Below, piece by piece: positions 10,467 to 18,164 of a DNA stretch of 64,000 nucleotides. This stretch comes from Candidatus Chazhemtobacterium aquaticus (GTDB lineage: Bacteria > Patescibacteriota > Microgenomatia > UBA1400 > Chazhemtobacteraceae). The first letter of the stretch is position 1. Each line of letters begins with the position of its first letter. The notes below the pieces were generated by a model. The model had not been told where the DNA came from. It worked only from the letters and a program-made list of their open reading frames with translations, and did not search any database. The translations under genes were made by a program, and so were the position numbers. The DNA lies in the NCBI RefSeq assembly GCF_009936135.1, contig NZ_CP047901.1:695927-759926 (forward strand), given 5' to 3'.

Positions 10467-10689
10467 TATCACCCCCATTCACTGGAAAAAGTTTGAAAAA
10501 TTTTTAATTTACGTGGGCTGCGAATTCAAAAGGCAAAAGGGAGATCACCGTGTATACTGGAGATCAGGCCTAATAAGACCAATCATTCTCCCAACATACA
10601 AAAGTTTACCTGTATTCATCATCAGAAACAATCTCAGAACACTCGGCATTGACCATAATGATTACCTAGAAATACTAAAAACCATCTAG
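10459..10689 (+). CDS. hicA: HicA-family mRNA interferase toxin
   Basis: 76 aa; KKFEKFLIYVGCEFKRQKGDHRVYW...PIILPTYKSLPVFIIRNNLRTLGI matches the HicA/YcfA fold; 8-nt overlap with hicB. Confidence 0.65.
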   Translation: MPSITPIHWKKFEKFLIYVGCEFKRQKGDHRVYWRSGLIRPIILPTYKSLPVFIIRNNLRTLGIDHNDYLEILKTI

Positions 10690-10730
10690 CCACAATCCCT
10701 TTCCACCACTTGCCAACACACTCCCTCCTC

Positions 10731-12449
10731 CTATCCTTCTACCTCCTGCCACCTCGTTATTGGCAATCTTACTCCATCAAAAGCCTCAATTACAAAGTCA
10801 GGCCGGAAGATAAATAACTCACTTGGAGCTGTATTGTTAGTTGTTCCCCTGTCTCTGTTAAGCGAGACACTGCTCCACCCCACAAAAGTACCCTCACCCA
10901 CAAACTGTTGCTCTGTATTCTCATCACCAGTCGAAGCAATGTTTAGGGCATCTGCCATATACACCCCTTCCACTTGAGTTACATTACTAGCAAAGGAAAT
11001 TGATCCTGAAGCAACAATGCCTAAATAAGATCCTGGCTCTACATTAATATTACTGGTAATGGTTACATTACCGTCATGGATGATAAATAGCTTCTCATCT
11101 ACTCCACCACCCCCCATATTCCAATCAGAATCAATAACAATATCGCCACTACTTAAATATATGGTTCCTTCCTCACTGGCTGTTGGTTTACCCGATCCAT
11201 TCCAGGACTCTCGAGGTAGTATCCCTGTTTGAGCATAATAGTAACCATAATCAAAGACTCTACCCTGATAGGAAGACAAAGCGCTTCTCCTGTTTCCACT
11301 AGCAATGGCATTAGGTGTCTCGTAAATACTTAATGACGGTGCAAATGGTAATGCCGAGTCTCCAGTGCTTGAGTTTCTAACCAAAGGTGTATATATCGTT
11401 CCTCCAATATCAACACTTCCACAAGACGCTTGATTCTCAGCTAATATACAGGTCGATGGGATCGTCACAGCAATTCCTTGTTCGCTGGACATATCTCCTC
11501 CCTGAGTTTGGAACCATCCGCCAAAGATTCGATACAATCCCACTCTTCTGGTTACCACCTGTCCCTGAGAGCTTAAAGATATTCCACTTAAAGACCCATC
11601 ACAAAGCAACTTAGGAGGGCTAGTTACCCACAGATTCTCATCCACTGTATATGTCAGGTTGTAGCTGTCGGGTACTGGCAAATTACCTCTTGTGTATGCA
11701 CCGTTAACGTTAGTGGTAGTGGTGTATGAGCTTGAGTGATTTACCTGAGCAGTCAAGGTAACCCCAGCCCCTTCAATCTTTGGTTGAGAGGCAACAGTTG
11801 AACAGTTACTCACCGTACTGGCATCAAAGAAAGTTCCCGAAATTGTTCCTCGACAGTTCTCCGTTTCTGACAGACTTACCCCCGCACAATCATTAGTTCC
11901 ACAGTTCTCACTACAAGTTCTAGTTCTAGTCCTAGTAAAAGTAGTTGGACTACAGGCACTCCAAGCACTCCAAGCAGAAATATATGGACCACATTCAGTA
12001 CAAGTAGTTCCTACAGGTTGCCAATACCAACCGCCACAGGGATCAGCATAGGTGTTGTAGCAAGTTTGAGTTCCACAACCTGAATTACAGAAATACCCAG
12101 TCTGACTATAGTTCCCTATATCACTACTCGAACAAGTACCACCACAACCATCACTCTGACCACAATATGGGGAAGAACAAGAAGGAGTACATGGGGGTGA
12201 ACATGAATAACAATTAAAAAACGTGGGACTACCACACGTCGCAGGATCACCTGGACATGCCCCGGGACAAGAATAATATTCCACACCCTGACAATATCCA
12301 GGCCCACAACTTCCATTTGTACACCACTGGGTATCGCTACGATACATACACGAAGTCCACTTCTCACAAACATCAGCAAATAAATCACTATATCCAAATA
12401 CAACAAAAACCAACACAAAAACAAATACAAACAACCCTTTTCTTATCAT
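10731..12449 (-). CDS. large Cys-rich secreted protein with TSP1-like WSxWS motif and beta-helix-like C-terminal half
   Basis: Signal peptide MIRKGLFVFVFVLVFVVFG; more than 50 Cys in the N-terminal 200 aa; WSAWSACSPTTFTRTRTRTC resembles a thrombospondin type-1 repeat; G/S/T/N-rich repeats in the C-terminal half. Confidence 0.6.
   Translation of the reverse strand: MIRKGLFVFVFVLVFVVFGYSDLFADVCEKWTSCMYRSDTQWCTNGSCGPGYCQGVEYYSCPGACPGDPATCGSPTFFNCYSCSPPCTPSCSSPYCGQSDGCGGTCSSSDIGNYSQTGYFCNSGCGTQTCYNTYADPCGGWYWQPVGTTCTECGPYISAWSAWSACSPTTFTRTRTRTCSENCGTNDCAGVSLSETENCRGTISGTFFDASTVSNCSTVASQPKIEGAGVTLTAQVNHSSSYTTTTNVNGAYTRGNLPVPDSYNLTYTVDENLWVTSPPKLLCDGSLSGISLSSQGQVVTRRVGLYRIFGGWFQTQGGDMSSEQGIAVTIPSTCILAENQASCGSVDIGGTIYTPLVRNSSTGDSALPFAPSLSIYETPNAIASGNRRSALSSYQGRVFDYGYYYAQTGILPRESWNGSGKPTASEEGTIYLSSGDIVIDSDWNMGGGGVDEKLFIIHDGNVTITSNINVEPGSYLGIVASGSISFASNVTQVEGVYMADALNIASTGDENTEQQFVGEGTFVGWSSVSLNRDRGTTNNTAPSELFIFRPDFVIEAFDGVRLPITRWQEVEG
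10745..10835. repeat. 91-bp direct repeat copy 2 (inside the 3' end of the 10731-12449 gene)
   Basis: See copy 1. Confidence 0.9.
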
Positions 12450-13012
12450 AAACCACTACCTCTATAAATCATGATAAAACTCTCAACTTCATTGGTCTCT
12501 ATATTGCTCAATATACCAACAATATCACCAAACCTAACAACATGCATCAGTTCTAAGAAACCAACCTCTTCTGGGTCAGACAAATAAGCACCAACTAACT
12601 GCTCATTAGTAGCCAATTGAGCATTTTCTTCAACCCAACCCTTGTCAACCATAACATTAATCTTCTCCATGCTCGTTTCTACTAATTCCTCCTTAAAGTA
12701 AATCAATGACTCAATATTCTTTGCAGTGTTGTAACAATCAACGCTTTTACCACTCCAAACTAATAAACAACCTACTCTTCCCAGAAACACTCCCGGAGAT
12801 GCTGTCGTCACACCACCGGTATCACTCGACTTGTACTCATGCAAAATCGTAGAAGCATCAGCCAAACTACTATTAACCAGATCCATATGAGATCGTAAAA
12901 AAACGTGACTTTTAATCAAAACCATTCCATACCAACCAACAATAGCCAAAAATATCAAACCCGATATCAACATCAACCAATTCACCCAATCTACCTTCTT
13001 ATTCTCTTCCAC
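12446..13012 (-). CDS. membrane-anchored hypothetical protein (co-transcribed with the Cys-rich protein)
   Basis: N-terminal TM helix; ATGA overlap with the downstream gene. Confidence 0.45.
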   Translation of the reverse strand: MEENKKVDWVNWLMLISGLIFLAIVGWYGMVLIKSHVFLRSHMDLVNSSLADASTILHEYKSSDTGGVTTASPGVFLGRVGCLLVWSGKSVDCYNTAKNIESLIYFKEELVETSMEKINVMVDKGWVEENAQLATNEQLVGAYLSDPEEVGFLELMHVVRFGDIVGILSNIETNEVESFIMIYRGSGL

Positions 13013-13065
13013 ACCTTCATTTAATCACAATTCGAAAAAACAACATCATCTCCAGTCATCAATAT

Positions 13066-13437
13066 CTAACAAGGACATGTCTCGTTTAAACCCACTGTTG
13101 ATGAGAAATATCCCACACTCCAGATACCAGAGTCCAGATATATCTTCCTGATGAACTTAAATTTTTTCTTTAATCGAAAGCTGGTATATGTCTTAATCCT
13201 TTGAACCACCCTGGCTACTGATATATCTGGTGAAATCTCAATTTGTAGATGAATGTGATCACTACCCGTGTTGACAGCGTAAAGATACAGTGTGGGATAT
13301 TTCTTGATCAGTTGGTGTAACTCTAACAGCAACTCTTCCTTGACATACGACTTGATGTATTTCCGTCTGTATTTTGTTCCCCAGACTAGATGGTACTGGT
13401 GTTGATAGGCACAGTGATTAAGGCTTCTCTTTCTCAT
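13066..13437 (-). CDS. tnpA: IS200/IS605-family Y1 (HUH) transposase TnpA
   Basis: YHLVWGTKYRRK and HIHLQIEISPDISVARVVQRIK motifs. Confidence 0.8.
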   Translation of the reverse strand: MRKRSLNHCAYQHQYHLVWGTKYRRKYIKSYVKEELLLELHQLIKKYPTLYLYAVNTGSDHIHLQIEISPDISVARVVQRIKTYTSFRLKKKFKFIRKIYLDSGIWSVGYFSSTVGLNETCPC

Positions 13438-13443
13438 GCAGTC

Positions 13444-13469
13444 AGCATATCAGGTCAGCCTGATATGCT
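13444..13469. repeat. perfect 11-bp-stem hairpin next to the tnpA start (putative IS200 end hairpin)
   Basis: agcatatcagg-tcag-cctgatatgct; a second hairpin ccccgcat...atgcgggg lies at about 13477-13527. Confidence 0.55.
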
Positions 13470-13541
13470 CATTCATCCCCGCATTCCATACGCTAACTAC
13501 TCTCGTGTGACGCTATTCCATGCGGGGTTTCCTGTAAGGAA

Positions 13542-13582
13542 GAAAAAACCGCCAGTCGGGTATGGGTATACCAAAACTGGCG
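13542..13582 (-). terminator. rho-independent terminator of the 13622-13996 gene
   Basis: ccgccagt...actggcgg stem followed by a T6 run on the minus strand. Confidence 0.6.
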
Positions 13583-13621
13583 GTCAGGGCCCTTCGCAGT
13601 TGCGATGGCGCACAGGTGCGC

Positions 13622-13996
13622 TTACGAAGGGCGGACGCGGCAGAACATCTCCGGGCTGTCGGGGACAAAGCCGTCTGCGCATTCCAGGTCGAAGACCACT
13701 TCCGGCTGCTCGACGGTGTTGAAGGTGATGCGCGTGACCCCGCTCAGGGAGTAGGGCACATTGCAGGAAGCGTAAACGCTGGGCGACGGGCTGTCAGCGG
13801 GAGGAACGAACATTCCCCCAGACCAGCCGTTGTCCAACACTTCCGTTGCGCACATCACGCGAGAACCGTCGGCGTAGAAGACGATCAGTCCACCGGGTTG
13901 CGACAGATCAACCTCATCCTGCGCCTGAATGGCCGAGCCACCCAGTGCCAGCATGAGAATCACTGCCATAAAAAGTACGCGGTTAACCTTGTTCAT
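13622..13996 (-). CDS. secreted hypothetical protein on a GC-rich (about 60%) foreign segment
   Basis: Signal peptide MNKVNRVLFMAVILMLALGGSAIQA; SD AGGAGGT 6 nt upstream; local GC and G content differ from the rest of the window. Confidence 0.55.
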   Translation of the reverse strand: MNKVNRVLFMAVILMLALGGSAIQAQDEVDLSQPGGLIVFYADGSRVMCATEVLDNGWSGGMFVPPADSPSPSVYASCNVPYSLSGVTRITFNTVEQPEVVFDLECADGFVPDSPEMFCRVRPS

Positions 13997-14220
13997 CTCG
14001 TACCTCCTGTACGTCTATAGGTTATCCGATATTTATTAATATACAACAAAGTCATCCTCTTGTCAAGTGTTATGGGTCTCTAGGGGGCAAAAATCAATAC
14101 AGCTAAACTGCTACTCAACTGGTATCAGAATACCAAATCCCCTCCTCCTGTCAACTCGGGTACACATCAAGCCATTCTATGTGTCAACCCCCACGCTACT
14201 AAATAACTACTCAACCAGCT

Positions 14221-14289
14221 ACAATATTCCCTATGCAGACTGTTATTAACAACACTCTTACTCACTATCTGCTTATCAAATCCTACCGC
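14221..14289. repeat. about 70-bp imperfect direct repeat copy 1 (matches 17381-17459, the start of the hydrolase gene)
   Basis: tcaaccagctacaatattcc[c/t]tatgcagactgttattaaca[a/c]c[a/g]ctcttactcactatctgct[t/c]atcaa. Confidence 0.85.
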
Positions 14290-14302
14290 TAGACAACTAC
14301 TC
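14243..14302 (+). pseudogene. 19-codon duplicate of the N-terminus of the alpha/beta hydrolase gene (MQTVINNTLTHYLLIKSYR*)
   Basis: Sequence identity to 17403.. including 22 bp of upstream sequence. Confidence 0.65.
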
Positions 14303-14531
14303 TATCAGCCCTACACACCCAAGTAGGTGAAACATTTCTACTAAACCCTATTGGAACAAAACCCACCTTGGCTGCTTGATGTATCGTTGCACCAGCCCCA
14401 GAAGAAAAATCTACCCCAGAAAGATCATAACCAATTCTCGAGGACAACCACTCAACATCGGACCATATCCCCCGAACGCAGACTCTACCGTCCCCCATAC
14501 GACCGTTAACCTCCTCCTCAGAAGTCAACAT
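14289..14531 (-). CDS. hypothetical protein or fragment (80 aa)
   Basis: ORF only. Confidence 0.25.
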   Translation of the reverse strand: MLTSEEEVNGRMGDGRVCVRGIWSDVEWLSSRIGYDLSGVDFSSGAGATIHQAAKVGFVPIGFSRNVSPTWVCRADRVVV

Positions 14532-14593
14532 AGCTTGAGTTAATAACTGATTAATGTCAGTTTGAGCATATATGCCTCGGGCTATTGCAAATA

Positions 14594-15079
14594 TCAGTGA
14601 ATCAGATATTTTTTTAATTCTCCAACCCTGGCGTTAAAAAGACGCTTTCCATAACCAAATCCTCTAAATTTTGGGTTTACAACTACATAAGCCAACTCAC
14701 CAGCCCTATCAAACAACCTCGTACCAACTACTTTATCGACCAAATCCCCAAACTTAGCAAGCCGAAATCGCACCGTTCTCCCTAACACATCGTAACCTGG
14801 TTCTAAGTATAACTGATTTTCAATCTTACTCCATTCATATATTTTATAAGTTCCAACCCCTATCAATTCATCATCACTTATGATCACTTTTGCATGCTGT
14901 TCTCCCGAAGTAATACTCTCTCCAAAAATAGAGACACCCCCCTCAATACTCTTATGCCCATAAAATTCTTGTGCTAGAAGTATAACCGAAAGATCTTGAG
15001 CCCAAACAGGAGCATCATGAAAATCCAAAAGCTTATCATCATTACGGAGCGACTCTCTACGCTCACATCCCATCATCAT
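14594..15079 (-). CDS. GNAT-family N-acetyltransferase
   Basis: VVVNPKFRGFGYGKRLFNA acetyl-CoA-binding motif. Confidence 0.6.
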   Translation of the reverse strand: MMMGCERRESLRNDDKLLDFHDAPVWAQDLSVILLAQEFYGHKSIEGGVSIFGESITSGEQHAKVIISDDELIGVGTYKIYEWSKIENQLYLEPGYDVLGRTVRFRLAKFGDLVDKVVGTRLFDRAGELAYVVVNPKFRGFGYGKRLFNARVGELKKYLIH

Positions 15080-15112
15080 AATTTATATTATATAATAACA
15101 GACACCATTTCT

Positions 15113-16392
15113 ATGGCACCAATAACTGAACTCTTGTCACATTTAGACAAATACCCAAACACCCCATATTTATCTTATACAGAAACAAATACACGAATAG
15201 GTAGAGCCATTACAACAAAAAGAACCAGAACTTCAGATATTTGAAGATGAACCAGCTATATACATCCACTACCACAAAAAGCCGTGGCAAAGGAAAATCG
15301 TTATTGACACACATCTTGACCATCCTGGATTTGCGATCAACCATCAAAAAGAGGCAGTTGCAATCGGAACTATCATTGATGCAAGTTTTACAGCTCCAAA
15401 AAACGAGTTGACCCTACCAGTCATTTTTTATGATCCAGAAGGAAATTACATAGACCACAGCGAACTATCAGATTTCCAGGAGAAAAACGGCCGATGAGTA
15501 AGTCAACCACACACGCTTCACCCTGCAAATACCCTTCTACCAAATTCACAAGCCATTGCGTCTCTAAAGGCCTACAATGACCGAGACATGATGTTTATGA
15601 GATCTGCTGATAATCTCGCAACATCCGCCATAATGCTCGAACTAATTGAATGGCTAATAAGTACATCACCAGGGGGAAACATAACATTTATATTCAATAA
15701 ACTAGAAGAAGTAAGACAGGTTTCAGCAACTGGTATTGCCAAACGAAAGCATACAATGTCAGAGCCGATCGACCAAAACACGTTCATTATCATCTTAGAA
15801 GCTGCAAGCGTCGAACCAATACCACTTAGTGAAGCAGTGCACAAAAAAAATGACATATACTGACGGCCCCGTAATCAGGGTCTCCGACGGTGACATCGTA
15901 TATCAACAATCCGACAAAACAAATCAAGCTGAACACCTTGCCCTAAACGCGGCTGCCAACGCCAGGCTTGAGATACAACATGGACCACTTACCAATAACT
16001 GCAACTCCACACCACACATTCTTTTTGGTAACACACCACATGTGATTGGTGTTACAATACCCTGCGAACACAAACACAATTTTACAAATGAAGGAACATT
16101 TGAACACGAAGCCATCCGTATCTCTGATTTACACACCACCACAAAACTACTTCAACAGATGATAACTGACATCGATGCCCCCATCAAACGAAACACTTCA
16201 GCATTGCTAGAACAAATATACCCGGTCTACCGACTTGATCCACAATCTTTAACATCAAAGAGAAAGCTCTGGTCACAATCGTACGCATGGGCACTACCCA
16301 GACTTCAGAGCGGACAACTCTTCCCAACCAATCAACTCTCAGCAACAAGATTAAGACTAAAACATATCAAAGCATCTATACAAAGTCGCTAA
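15113..16392 (+). pseudogene. M42-family metallopeptidase pseudogene (two frameshifts and one in-frame TGA)
   Basis: Peptidase-like segments lie in different frames: ..VIDTHLDHPGFAI.. (frame 0), an in-frame TGA at 15495-15497, ..RSADNLATSAIMLELIEWL..FIIILEAASVE.., then a frameshift inside an A8 run (15843-15850) into ..IGVTIPCEHKHNF..EAIRISDL.. Confidence 0.5.
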
Positions 16393-17318
16393 TGTATCCC
16401 GTCACCTGCTACTACCCAAAACTCTATGACACCCTTGTGCACCACAATGCTGATAAAACAATAACCTATCAACTTGACCAAATTGAAAAAACCAAATGGC
16501 TCTATTACAAACTAAAAACTTCCCCAAATTACGATACCCAAGTAGTAAACAGCTCAGATGACTCAGTTTTAAACCTCTGCCACTCATCCAAATACCTAAA
16601 CTCACTCAAAACCGGCAAACCTCAACCCCTAGCTGAAACATCAGGACTCATCTGGCAAAAAAATCTATATCCCGCCCATGTTAACTCCGTCTGGTCTTCG
16701 ATAAAATCCTCCATCTCCGCCCTAAACAAAAACATCTCGATGACCTTAACCAGTGGCGGCCATCACGCAGTTGCAGACAGAGGTTATGGCTTCAACCCCA
16801 TCAACACCATTGCTCTAACTACTAAGTATCTACTAACCAACAAGATCATAAACAACATAGCCATCCTTGATCTAGACGTTCACCTCGGCAACGGCACAAT
16901 CGAACTCCTTCAGCACACCTCCAATATCCACATCTTTGACATTTACCGATACACCAAACCAGAGTGGATTACTCGACTACCATCCACACTTCCTGATAAC
17001 ATCCGTGTCTATCAAACCGATTCCACGAACCAATATTTTAAACAGCTGGAGTCGTACCTTGCCCAAATTAAAAAGCTCAATCCTGGTTTAGTTATTTACC
17101 ACCACGGAGTTGATGTTTACAAAAATGATCGCTATGGCGGCATTCTCAAATTTTCTGAAGAAAAAATTCATCTCCGCGAGCGTCTACTCCTTAAATCTCT
17201 TTACCGTCATGTCCCGATTATGATTATTCTTGGAGGTGGTTATGTTAAATACGACAATCCAAGTCTCACCACCTCACGCAAAAAACACCCTCCACCGCCT
17301 CCACACCATCTTCTTTGA
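16392..17318 (+). CDS. histone deacetylase-family (HDAC/AcuC/acetylpolyamine amidohydrolase-like) protein
   Basis: SGGHHAVADRGYGFNPIN and ILDLDVHLGNGT match the HDAC signature; start overlaps the preceding stop (TAATG). Confidence 0.7.
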   Translation: MYPVTCYYPKLYDTLVHHNADKTITYQLDQIEKTKWLYYKLKTSPNYDTQVVNSSDDSVLNLCHSSKYLNSLKTGKPQPLAETSGLIWQKNLYPAHVNSVWSSIKSSISALNKNISMTLTSGGHHAVADRGYGFNPINTIALTTKYLLTNKIINNIAILDLDVHLGNGTIELLQHTSNIHIFDIYRYTKPEWITRLPSTLPDNIRVYQTDSTNQYFKQLESYLAQIKKLNPGLVIYHHGVDVYKNDRYGGILKFSEEKIHLRERLLLKSLYRHVPIMIILGGGYVKYDNPSLTTSRKKHPPPPPHHLL

Positions 17319-17380
17319 AGAACTTGAGAAACAAACAAATGAATTATCATCAACATTCTAGAAAACTAGCCCCCCTCCCC

Positions 17381-17459
17381 TCAACCAGCTACAATATTCC
17401 TTATGCAGACTGTTATTAACACCGCTCTTACTCACTATCTGCTCATCAACCCCAAAGCC
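17381..17459. repeat. about 70-bp direct repeat copy 2 (native start of the hydrolase gene)
   Basis: See 14221-14289. Confidence 0.85.
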
Positions 17460-18164
17460 AAAAAGACTGCCATCCTTCTCCATGGTTGGGGTCACAACTC
17501 TTCACTTTGGCAACAAGCTGTTCTTGAGTTTGACTCGCGATACCGATACTATCTGCTCGATCTTCCTGGTTTTGGCAGTACTCAAAACCTTCCCCCCGGT
17601 GCCGACATCCCCGAATTTACTCAGTTTGTTTTAAGCTTCATCAAAAAAATGAAAATTAAACAACCTCTTGTTATCGGTCACTCCTTTGGCGGCCAAATTG
17701 CTATAGACCTAGCTGCCTCATATTCCAATCTGCTCTCCGCCCTCATCCTTATAGCCCCGGCTGGTATCAGGACCATAGACCCCAAACTAAATCTCAAGGT
17801 TTACCTCATAAATCACCTTGCTCGCCTCTATCGTCCAATTAAAAAGGCAATTCCTTTTCTGGCTCACACCCCCTTAACCAACAATCTCGCCTCGGCAGAT
17901 TACAAAGCTGCTTCTCCCGCCAATCGTCAGGTCTTGAAAAAAATTATCCGCCATGACCTGACTCATAAGCTTAACCAAATCTCTACTCCTACCCTCATCG
18001 TCTGGCCCGAGCTTGATCAAGAACTTCCTAATTTCTCAAGAACCTTAACAGATCATATCCCCAACTCCCGTCTGCGCGTCCTCTATGGCCAAGACCACAA
18101 CCCCCATCTAAACAACCCATCAGAGCTAATCAGTACCATCAATCACTTTCTCTCTACCCTATGA
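17403..18164 (+). CDS. alpha/beta-fold hydrolase
   Basis: GHSFGG nucleophile-elbow motif; 253 aa. Confidence 0.7.
   Translation: MQTVINTALTHYLLINPKAKKTAILLHGWGHNSSLWQQAVLEFDSRYRYYLLDLPGFGSTQNLPPGADIPEFTQFVLSFIKKMKIKQPLVIGHSFGGQIAIDLAASYSNLLSALILIAPAGIRTIDPKLNLKVYLINHLARLYRPIKKAIPFLAHTPLTNNLASADYKAASPANRQVLKKIIRHDLTHKLNQISTPTLIVWPELDQELPNFSRTLTDHIPNSRLRVLYGQDHNPHLNNPSELISTINHFLSTL

Noticed and set aside
8936-10835. Diversity-generating retroelement (TR/VR) interpretation of the 91-bp repeat pair: both mismatches fall at coding-strand adenines in the remnant copy, and the intact copy is at the extreme 3' end of a surface-protein gene
   Set aside because: There are only 2 mismatches in 91 bp. 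No reverse transcriptase gene lies anywhere nearby; the adjacent enzyme is a DDE transposase. The second repeat pair in the window (14221/17381) shows non-adenine mismatches. An IS-associated paralog truncation explains the data more simply.
13562-14020. 152-aa plus-strand ORF (Arg-rich) in the GC-rich segment
   Set aside because: It is a shadow ORF antisense to the better-supported minus-strand gene, which has a signal peptide, a Shine-Dalgarno site and a terminator.
15495-15497. The in-frame TGA in the M42-like gene as evidence of an alternative genetic code (UGA read as Gly, as in some candidate phyla)
   Set aside because: Long housekeeping genes throughout the window are intact under the standard code, and several terminate with TGA, so this is a nonsense lesion in a pseudogene.
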